From the IMG/VR virus record IMGVR_UViG_3300022074_000053, positions 1 through 54,361 of that record: a stretch of 54,361 bases of DNA. One strand, given 5' to 3'. Positions 47,059-54,361 of the stretch are shown piece after piece. The position numbers and the translations under genes are program-made. Origin of the DNA: a virus (taxonomy: Duplodnaviria; Caudoviricetes). A model generated the notes under the pieces. That model saw only the letters and a program-made list of their open reading frames with translations. It was not told the DNA's origin and made no database searches. The first letter of the stretch is position 1, and each line of letters opens with the position of its first letter.

Positions 47059-48321
47059 CTATTTTCTTATCTTATATTTATTTATGAATTGTCTTCCGCT
47101 AGACATTCCAGGAACCATGGTCTCAACGTACTTCCTATGAGCATCAGTTCCAATTAATCTTTGACTAGCAGGAACTCCAGAAATAGTAGTTCCATTTACC
47201 ACTGCCTCAGTGACATCTCTAATCCATGCTTTAAACATAATCTTATCTTCAGTAACACAAATAAGATGATTAGCACCTCTACGGACAATACGACCAACTA
47301 AACCAGTATTGAGATTTTCAACCAATTCACCTAAACGGAAAATTGCCTTACTAACATAATTTTCTCTTAGAGTATCTTGATCAAACTTGGGTGCCATTTC
47401 CCAGATACCCCATTCCTCATTGATACCCATTGACATTCTTGTAGTATCAAAAAGTTGCTTTGCTTCTCTACGTGGAAAACCTTCAGGCATAGCAGACATG
47501 AAAGTTTTGAAATCATTTTCAGAAGCAGCAAGTCTCAATCTTGATGCTGACATTCCTTCCACGCCATCAGCGTCAGGATCCCTATCACCAGCAGAAACAA
47601 CCTCAACATTGTCGAACTGATATAGAGAACCATTATAGTTGTTAGCAAGTTTATCAAACTCCTTTACTCTATCGGCACCACCAACAATTCTTACGTTAGC
47701 ATATCCATCATTATGTGCTTTCTTTAAAATATCAAAAATAGTTCTAGTATTTTGATCATTTTGAATCCTTGAACTATGTTGAGGGAACATTCCTCTCATG
47801 AACGCTACCTTAGTATCAGCATCTAAAGGATTCTTCTTAGGATCATTTGAACGTGAAGGAACAATTACATAATCACTTTCTTCTGCTTCGGCAGCGGCAG
47901 CAGCAGTATCCATTAATTGTTGATGACCAACATGTGGTGGATTGAATCTACCAAAAGCAATAGTCAAAGTTCCTCTTGTCTTAGGAACTGGTGGTGGTCC
48001 TGCTTCTAAGTCGGGACTGATATTTACTGTCTGTTGCTGAGGTTCAGGTACTGCTGTTTGTTGTGCTTGAGGTTCCTGTTGTTGTAGAGCAGGGTCTGTG
48101 AAATTAGGATCAGAAACGTTCTTTTCTAATTCCGTTTGATTGGGATCATCTTGCCCAACTTTCTGTCTCTTATTATAAAACTTTAATCTGCCTTTTTCAG
48201 TCTTAGCGACAAATTCTCCTGTAGAACGATCATACCATCCACCATGCCCATCACCTTGAAGACCAAGACGTGCTGCTTGTTGTGCTGCGGATTCGCTTAA
48301 AAATTTAAAAAAGGATTTCAT
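47059..48321 (-). CDS. cytidylyltransferase-like nucleotidyltransferase
   Basis: FGRFNPPHVGH (HxGH), KNPL, GADR, SAGDRDPD, MSASRLR. Confidence 0.85.
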   Translation of the reverse strand: MKSFFKFLSESAAQQAARLGLQGDGHGGWYDRSTGEFVAKTEKGRLKFYNKRQKVGQDDPNQTELEKNVSDPNFTDPALQQQEPQAQQTAVPEPQQQTVNISPDLEAGPPPVPKTRGTLTIAFGRFNPPHVGHQQLMDTAAAAAEAEESDYVIVPSRSNDPKKNPLDADTKVAFMRGMFPQHSSRIQNDQNTRTIFDILKKAHNDGYANVRIVGGADRVKEFDKLANNYNGSLYQFDNVEVVSAGDRDPDADGVEGMSASRLRLAASENDFKTFMSAMPEGFPRREAKQLFDTTRMSMGINEEWGIWEMAPKFDQDTLRENYVSKAIFRLGELVENLNTGLVGRIVRRGANHLICVTEDKIMFKAWIRDVTEAVVNGTTISGVPASQRLIGTDAHRKYVETMVPGMSSGRQFINKYKIRK

Positions 48322-48533
48322 TATTTGTTTCTACGTAGTTCTAAAGTAATCTTTCCACGATTGGTAACGATATACTTTAAAATATCATTTCTTATTTTTA
48401 TATATTTATTCTTCTCAGTGCCTTTGGTTACATCTATCTCCTTTTGAAATGTCAAGTAGATATATCTAGCAAACTGTTCATAGTTTGTTCCATCATAATC
48501 TTTAATAAGTTTACTAATATATTCAGACATATT
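48321..48533 (-). CDS. hypothetical protein
   Basis: Basic 70-aa ORF from MSEYI. Confidence 0.55.
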   Translation of the reverse strand, partial: NMSEYISKLIKDYDGTNYEQFARYIYLTFQKEIDVTKGTEKNKYIKIRNDILKYIVTNRGKITLELRRNK

Positions 48534-49452
48534 GTTTGATGCTCCTACCACCTTTTCCACTGATAACCATTCTAGCACCCTTTATGCCATAGTTAGAACG
48601 GTCACCTTTGTAGATACACATAAAAACGGGTTCGTAAGCACCACCAATAGAATCACCGTTATTATGAGTTTGTGCAGAAGCAACTAACTTATACTTACCA
48701 ACTCCAGTTCTAGTAACGTTCACAGTTCCTTGAAGAAGAACATCCACATTCTGAATACTTGAACCACCACCAAATCCATTACCATAAATCGCCATCATCT
48801 TCAGACGATTATCTTTTATTTTTCTAGCAACCGTTGTTGCACTAGGCATTTGAGTTCCAAACATTGCTTGACAAGTTTGAACAAACGCCCGAGTCTCTGG
48901 ATGTGCTGCCAACATAGGTTCACCACGTTGAGTTATACCACCCCACTGCTGAATTGCAGTTGCAGATGAACCATCCTTGTGAGAAACAAATCCAACCATA
49001 TTTCCATTCATATCTCTGAAATGAAAGTCAGACTTTGGAGTTCCAGGTGTGCTTTCTACATTTACAACTTGATATGAATTCTTTCCAACTTGAAGATTAA
49101 CAAAATCAGATCCTAGTTGATTCTTTATCTGCTCCAATTTTCTCCTTATAGAACTTACTTCCACATCTTCTGCAGCAGTTGTATTTTGAGATCTACCAGA
49201 AAATATAGAATCTTTATAGAGTTGAGTCAGTCTAATCTGACCCTTCATTGTTGTTGGAAGAATGATACTAGAACCTTGCTGATATTGAGAAAGATCTTCA
49301 ATACTTCTTAAAGTATTAGCAACGGTAGGATCAATCTTCACCTTTTGTCCATTGCTTTCCACAAGAGTAAAATCTCCTCTACTTGCAATCCTTGTGCGAA
49401 ACAGAGAGAAGTTATTTCTCTTTCTAAGTTCTGTGGGAGATAATCCTGCCAT
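48523..49452 (-). CDS. putative PD-(D/E)xK-like nuclease
   Basis: GTPKSDF...FVSHKDG...QQWGG resembles a PD-(D/E)xK core with an S-x-K variant. Confidence 0.5.
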   Translation of the reverse strand: MAGLSPTELRKRNNFSLFRTRIASRGDFTLVESNGQKVKIDPTVANTLRSIEDLSQYQQGSSIILPTTMKGQIRLTQLYKDSIFSGRSQNTTAAEDVEVSSIRRKLEQIKNQLGSDFVNLQVGKNSYQVVNVESTPGTPKSDFHFRDMNGNMVGFVSHKDGSSATAIQQWGGITQRGEPMLAAHPETRAFVQTCQAMFGTQMPSATTVARKIKDNRLKMMAIYGNGFGGGSSIQNVDVLLQGTVNVTRTGVGKYKLVASAQTHNNGDSIGGAYEPVFMCIYKGDRSNYGIKGARMVISGKGGRSIKQYV

Positions 49453-49471
49453 TTCCCTTTTTGGGTATTTA

Positions 49472-49544
49472 TGGAGTTAAGCGGACTCGAACCGCTGACA
49501 TCCTGCTTGCAAAGCAGGCGCTCTACCAACTGAGCTATAACCCC
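49472..49544 (-). tRNA. tRNA-Ala(TGC)
   Basis: GGGGTTA acceptor with G3:U70, anticodon loop TT-TGC-AA, GGTTCGAGTCC. Confidence 0.96.
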
Positions 49545-49553
49545 GAAAGAAGA

Positions 49554-49880
49554 TTAATCCTCTTTGAGTTTCTTTGCTTGTCTACTAGACCACAATGCAG
49601 CAAGAATAATAGCACCATAGAAAAGAGTGTCATCCAGCATCACTAGGAAGAAGATAACAGAAGCACCATACTTAATTATAAAAGGTAATGGTGATAAGAT
49701 TTTACCGAAGACTTTGCGGTATTGTTGTTCAAACTTGAAGTATCCAAGTGCTAACAATGTAACTACAAACTCACTATATGGAACAACAAAGTATAATGAG
49801 AAGAAGATGAAGAGTGGCCAATAGTGGCGTTCAGGAATCTTCTTTACTAGTTTCAGATACTTATGAATTAAGTTCTTCAT
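49554..49880 (-). CDS. hypothetical membrane protein
   Basis: Several hydrophobic segments. Confidence 0.7.
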   Translation of the reverse strand: MKNLIHKYLKLVKKIPERHYWPLFIFFSLYFVVPYSEFVVTLLALGYFKFEQQYRKVFGKILSPLPFIIKYGASVIFFLVMLDDTLFYGAIILAALWSSRQAKKLKED

Positions 49881-50031
49881 CTATCTGTTCATCAAGGTCA
49901 TTAATAACATTACGTATTTCAACAATTCGCACCGGTACACATTTAGGGTCATATGTGTAAATCTTCTGCTCATCAAAAAGAACTTGCCTAACTGCTGCAG
50001 CAGATCTAACGTCAAGATTTAGAGTAATCAT
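49861..50031 (-). CDS. hypothetical protein
   Basis: MITLNLDVRSAAAVRQVLF... Confidence 0.6.
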   Translation of the reverse strand: MITLNLDVRSAAAVRQVLFDEQKIYTYDPKCVPVRIVEIRNVINDLDEQIDEELNS

Positions 50032-50267
50032 TTCCATCCTCCTTTTAGAACCCACTCATCGTGGTATTGGTTTTTCCAAGCATTGCTGATTCCGTAGGAT
50101 GGTTGAATTACTTGCTCAATATACCTACGATTTTCTTTGGCAATATTTAAACTCTGTTCTTCTAGAGTTTTGACTCGCCCATCAATTTGTGAGGACCACC
50201 ATACTGCTCCTGCACCCTGAACCAAGAGGAAAGATACAATAGCAAAAGGGATTTTAAAATCTTTCAT
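50028..50267 (-). CDS. hypothetical membrane/coiled-coil protein
   Basis: TM helix followed by DGRVKTLE. Confidence 0.65.
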   Translation of the reverse strand: MKDFKIPFAIVSFLLVQGAGAVWWSSQIDGRVKTLEEQSLNIAKENRRYIEQVIQPSYGISNAWKNQYHDEWVLKGGWK

Positions 50268-50422
50268 GATTCACTCTCAAGTAGTTTGTCTATCTGTTGA
50301 GAAATCTCTCTGATTTTAAGGATACCTTCATTAGAGAAAAAACCAGGGTGGTCTTTTGTATACAAGAACAGATGATGACGTAAAACAATTGCGTCATGTC
50401 TACTCAGTTCAAGGTTGATCAC
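50264..50422 (-). CDS. 52-aa hypothetical protein
   Basis: Manual translation from GTG: MINLELSRHDAIVLRHHLFLYTKDHPGFFSNEGILKIREISQQIDKLLESES; 4-bp overlaps. Confidence 0.55.
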   Translation of the reverse strand: MINLELSRHDAIVLRHHLFLYTKDHPGFFSNEGILKIREISQQIDKLLESES

Positions 50423-50829
50423 AGATCGTCAACCTCACGGTTTTCAGAGTAATATACATCAAACTGTCCACCAGGATAACGCTTCTCAAGTTTCTTGACA
50501 TTGCGAGCAACGACTTCATCAAAAGGAACTCCCAGCGCCATACATGCTTGCGCTACATACCACATCAAATCACCAAGTTCAATAATAAGGTGTTCTTTAT
50601 TATGAGTATCCCAGGGTTTGCCTTGGAAGATCATTTTCTTGATAATCTCAAGAAACTCACCACCTTCAGCATTAATACCAACACCGGCAGTCAGGAGACG
50701 TTCAATATTGGCACCTTTCTCATCCAGTTCAACTAGACGATCAGAAAGGGCAACGAAATCTGTAGATGCATCAGAAGTAACAGCATCTACGAATCTTTCA
50801 TATCGTTCAAAATCAACTTGCTTAGTCAT
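50419..50829 (-). CDS. mazG: MazG-like nucleotide pyrophosphohydrolase
   Basis: AEGGEFLEIIKK, ELGDLMWY, NVKKLEKRYP. Confidence 0.93.
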   Translation of the reverse strand: MTKQVDFERYERFVDAVTSDASTDFVALSDRLVELDEKGANIERLLTAGVGINAEGGEFLEIIKKMIFQGKPWDTHNKEHLIIELGDLMWYVAQACMALGVPFDEVVARNVKKLEKRYPGGQFDVYYSENREVDDL

Positions 50830-52208
50830 TAGAATTTAAATCCGTCGAATGATTTTTTAGGTTTCTTTTCTTCCTCGTAATTATACTCCTCTTCTCGTCC
50901 AGAGTCAAGTATATCTTCTTGTGCTGTTTGTTCGCAATCATACAATCGCATCTTAGCACGATCAATACCAACAATAAATCTTTTGAATATTGTTGGATCA
51001 TTATAGCGATTCTTTAATTGCTTCACCATAATCTGTCCCAACTGTTCCAGTTCTTCCGTGCTAATAAGGGCAAACATAAGATCAGCAGTAGCAGGGAGAC
51101 CAAAGGATTCACTAGTATCAGTAAGGTCAACATCAGAGCTACCATAACCAGAACGAGTGGTCTGGGTGGCAGATACGATAGGGACCTCGGCTTCGACAGC
51201 CAATCCTCTAAGTTCCTCTGCAATCGACTTAACAAGAGTATAGGAATTAATATTGGCAGATCCTTTGTAACGTGACGAGGCACAAATATTGAGATAATCC
51301 ACAAATATAATATCAGGTTTAAAAGACTTCTTAAGTGAAAGTTCATTAAGAAGTGCCTTAAAGTGTCCACTGTGGGCGCTGGCAGTAGGATACTCTTTAA
51401 TTATAAGTTGCCCCTGAGTTTTCTTAGTAAGATTGGTTACTTTGTTTTCAAAAGAAGATTTAGGAAGTTCTACCAAATCTTGAATAGGGACATTGAGGAG
51501 GTTTGCGTCAATACGTTCAGCAATTTTCTCCTCTGCCATCTCCATTGTAATGTAAAGCACGTTACGTCCGTTAAGCAAAATGGAGCTAGCCATGTGACAC
51601 ATGAAAAGAGACTTACCAACACCTGTCCCAGCAAGAGCGACATTAAGAGTCTTTTTAGGAAGACCACCTTTCGTAATCTTGTTGAAATATTCTAGATCAA
51701 ATGGAATACGATCTTCTTTCCGGTGATAAGACTCATATCTTTCTTTATAATCTTCTAAGTAGTTGTGACCGATATGGTTGTCAAAAGAAACCGCAAGAGC
51801 ATCCGACAAAATTGAAGGGATAGCATCACGATTCTTTTCTTTATCTCCACCATCAGCAATACCAATAGATTCCATCAATGCCAAATAAATGGCACGATCA
51901 CGACACCACTTCTCAGTGGTATCCAATAACCAATTGTGCTCTACGGGAGCATCTGTGAGACTAGAAGTAATCTCACGGGATTCTTTGACCTCAGTTTCAG
52001 ATAGGTCAGTACGGGTTTCTAGTTCAATAGCAAGTGCTTCTGTTGTGATAGCAGCACCATACTTCACAATGAACTGAGTAATCTCCTGAAAGATAATCTT
52101 TTCAGTTCTCTGTTCAAAATAATCAGGTTGAATGAAAGGAATTACTTTACGAGAATACTCTTCATTGAAAACAAGATTTCGCAGAATAGTTGTCTCAATT
52201 CGCTCCAT
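50829..52208 (-). CDS. gp41: replicative DNA helicase (T4 gp41)
   Basis: Walker A AGTGVGKS, IKEYPT, VDYL, SESFGLPATAD, QLKNRY. Confidence 0.97.
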   Translation of the reverse strand: MERIETTILRNLVFNEEYSRKVIPFIQPDYFEQRTEKIIFQEITQFIVKYGAAITTEALAIELETRTDLSETEVKESREITSSLTDAPVEHNWLLDTTEKWCRDRAIYLALMESIGIADGGDKEKNRDAIPSILSDALAVSFDNHIGHNYLEDYKERYESYHRKEDRIPFDLEYFNKITKGGLPKKTLNVALAGTGVGKSLFMCHMASSILLNGRNVLYITMEMAEEKIAERIDANLLNVPIQDLVELPKSSFENKVTNLTKKTQGQLIIKEYPTASAHSGHFKALLNELSLKKSFKPDIIFVDYLNICASSRYKGSANINSYTLVKSIAEELRGLAVEAEVPIVSATQTTRSGYGSSDVDLTDTSESFGLPATADLMFALISTEELEQLGQIMVKQLKNRYNDPTIFKRFIVGIDRAKMRLYDCEQTAQEDILDSGREEEYNYEEEKKPKKSFDGFKF

Positions 52209-53205
52209 AAGAATAGGTCTGTTGTGCAATTACGTCTAATTTTTCCATCACTTCAGGGGTGAAGTAAGTATCGGGATCTTTCAGGATTGCTTTCGCGTAT
52301 ACCTTCTTCCCATCTATCTCATATCTACCAGCAACGTTTTTCCATAATCCGCCAATCTCACCAAGTTCAAGAAGACCAAAATATCGATCAAGACCACGCT
52401 CATCGTAATAAAGACGCACCGTAACATCTTGATTCTCCTTGCTTAAACGCGACTTAGCAGTCTTTGCCTTGATAAGATTTCCAACGATTTCCGTTCCATC
52501 CTTCTCCTTCTTTTTGCTAAGATGGATAATTGTAGAAGCAGCGTACTTGAGTCCAGAACCTCCTCCCATTTCTTTAGTTGGAACGTAAGCACCGATGACA
52601 TCATAAGTATGGTTGGTAACGATCATAGGAATGTTTGCTTGACCCAACTTGAGTGTAAGCATTCTGAAAGCTCCTTTAATAAGTTGGGATTTTGTCATAT
52701 CCCGAACTAGCTTATCGTTGAGCGTATCAGTGATCTCTTTCTCAGTGGATAACATCCCCAATGAGTCTAGCACAAACATGCATGGTTTGCGGTCCTCTGC
52801 GGACTTTTTCATATAAAGATCTACTGCCTTAAGTGCCTTACTACGAAACTCTTCAACAGTTACAACATTAACAACAACTACACGATTAAGATCTAACCCA
52901 CGACTTGCGAGAAGAGACTTGTTAACAGCGGCTTCAGTGTCAAAATATAGACAATAACCATCAGGGTTAGAATCAAGGAAGTTCTTGACGACAGCAAGAG
53001 AGAAAAAAGTTTTTCCAGTACTAGACTCCCCAGCAATGGCAGTAATCTTATTCCCAGATACGCCACCAAATATAGACCCTGAAACAAGTGCGTTAAAAAT
53101 GTACGAACCCGTATCAACATACCTTTCAGTGTCATCAATATCGGATGCGAGTTTTGTGTAGTCATCACCAATTTCTTTTACAATTTCAGTTAAAAAATCC
53201 ATCAC
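52195..53205 (-). CDS. uvsX: RecA-like recombinase
   Basis: GESSTGKT, YFDTE, DSLG, MGGGSG, KSR. Confidence 0.96.
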   Translation of the reverse strand: MMDFLTEIVKEIGDDYTKLASDIDDTERYVDTGSYIFNALVSGSIFGGVSGNKITAIAGESSTGKTFFSLAVVKNFLDSNPDGYCLYFDTEAAVNKSLLASRGLDLNRVVVVNVVTVEEFRSKALKAVDLYMKKSAEDRKPCMFVLDSLGMLSTEKEITDTLNDKLVRDMTKSQLIKGAFRMLTLKLGQANIPMIVTNHTYDVIGAYVPTKEMGGGSGLKYAASTIIHLSKKKEKDGTEIVGNLIKAKTAKSRLSKENQDVTVRLYYDERGLDRYFGLLELGEIGGLWKNVAGRYEIDGKKVYAKAILKDPDTYFTPEVMEKLDVIAQQTYSYGAN

Positions 53206-53333
53206 TTAACCTTCTCTTTGTGGTAGTTCATTTTATAGGACCAAAGTTTTTGGTAGAGTGCAGTATCACCACCAAGGCGGAGAGCACTAATAATTGTTTC
53301 GAGTTCTTTATCGTTAATAGGAAGATTCATCAT
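53202..53333 (-). CDS. 43-aa hypothetical protein
   Basis: Manual translation MMNLPINDKELETIISALRLGGDTALYQKLW...; 4-bp overlaps with gp43 and uvsX. Confidence 0.6.
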   Translation of the reverse strand: MMNLPINDKELETIISALRLGGDTALYQKLWSYKMNYHKEKVK

Positions 53334-54361
53334 CCAAAAAATAGTTCTAGATTTACAGTTTTTTCTACATTCCATCCAATCGCATCTAGAATTGCTTTGA
53401 GTGGTTCGACAAAACTCTTTTCAAATTGTAGATCATAGTCGATGTATTTGTCAAGATTAAGTTCTCGCGGAAAATCCTGGATGAATGATATAACATTCTC
53501 CCGAATGATATTAGGTTTCTTCAAATAGAGGAATTTGATTTTCTCCCCATTATTGATGAGTGAATATTTATTAGTCAGTTTGTTCTCCTTAATATAATGA
53601 TTAAAAAGTAATGCACCACGGCAATGAATTGGAGTTCCTTTTACATAGATGTCTGCGTAAGAACGATATTTTACCACATCTGACACTGATCTGGGGAAAG
53701 CAATCTCTTCTGGAGGAAGAGATTTGAACTCTTTACGGCACTTGTCAATGAAGTCAATAACATCTTCTTCAGTGCCATTCATCATCAACTTAAGACCATC
53801 CTTAATCATTTTGCGACAAGGTGCGGGAGTAGAAGATTTGACTGCTTCAATACCCATCATTTTGAGTTTAGGTTCTTCATAACGAACACCTTCACTATCC
53901 CAAACATTAAGAATATAACGCTTCTTCGCAGTCCAGATACCACGTTCAGCAATATTCTCACGCTTCATAAACATCTTCTGATCGTAAGCGTTTACGTAAT
54001 CCGCGAGTTCTTGGTAACAACGGTCAATATACTTTTCAAGTTCCATCTCACACACCTTATTAAGGAACGTGACAACGCTTTCAGTAGTTTTCTCTCTTCC
54101 CTTGTATACACTGTCAACCAAAGGACCCAGATTAAGATAAATGGAATCGGTATCAGAAGCAATAACATAATCAACATCATTTGTTTTTAAGATCTTATTG
54201 ATCTTTTGATTCATCTTATTCTCAATCCAACGGATAGAGACTTGACCAGAAAGCGTAATCGCCTCCGCATTGGCCAGTTTATAGTACCTAAAATACTGAT
54301 TACCGATAGCACCATAAGCAGAGTTGAGTGAGATCTTCTTAGCCATCTGGATATTGTTGCA
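53330..54361 (-). CDS. gp43: family B DNA polymerase (T4 gp43), C-terminal part, 5' truncated by window
   Basis: KISLNSAYG, ASDTDSIY, KKRY, KSSTP. Confidence 0.97.
   Translation of the reverse strand, partial: CNNIQMAKKISLNSAYGAIGNQYFRYYKLANAEAITLSGQVSIRWIENKMNQKINKILKTNDVDYVIASDTDSIYLNLGPLVDSVYKGREKTTESVVTFLNKVCEMELEKYIDRCYQELADYVNAYDQKMFMKRENIAERGIWTAKKRYILNVWDSEGVRYEEPKLKMMGIEAVKSSTPAPCRKMIKDGLKLMMNGTEEDVIDFIDKCRKEFKSLPPEEIAFPRSVSDVVKYRSYADIYVKGTPIHCRGALLFNHYIKENKLTNKYSLINNGEKIKFLYLKKPNIIRENVISFIQDFPRELNLDKYIDYDLQFEKSFVEPLKAILDAIGWNVEKTVNLELFFG

Overview
This window is a 54.4-kb segment of a T4-like marine cyanomyovirus, probably infecting Synechococcus (inferred from the D1 C-terminus type, psbD, zwf/gnd and the tRNA set). 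Almost all genes are on the minus strand. The right end holds core replication genes: gp43 (partial), uvsX, gp41, mazG, gp61 and nrdA/nrdB. The middle holds late/virion and membrane genes, six tRNAs, a small beta-barrel protein, pstS, PTOX, gnd, a hidden ndhP and zwf. A 14-gene sugar-nucleotide/glycosyltransferase island follows (gmd, fcl, GT11, GT6, GT25, FkbM). The left end is a photosynthesis island (hli x2, psbA, psbD) carrying two large PLP enzymes unusual for a phage: glycogen phosphorylase (glgP), just upstream of psbA, and an internally deleted glycine decarboxylase P protein (gcvP), between psbA and psbD. Main leads: (1) a glycogen-to-OPP-to-dNTP carbon mobilisation system; (2) the compact GcvP; (3) several structured non-coding RNAs, including a pseudoknot before tRNA-Pro and a hairpin complementary to the Yfr1 motif; (4) a recurring promoter/terminator cassette; (5) a blood-group-like glycan pathway. 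All calls come from manual reading and motif recognition; no database searches were run. Start codons were adjusted by eye where the ORF track start looked too long.
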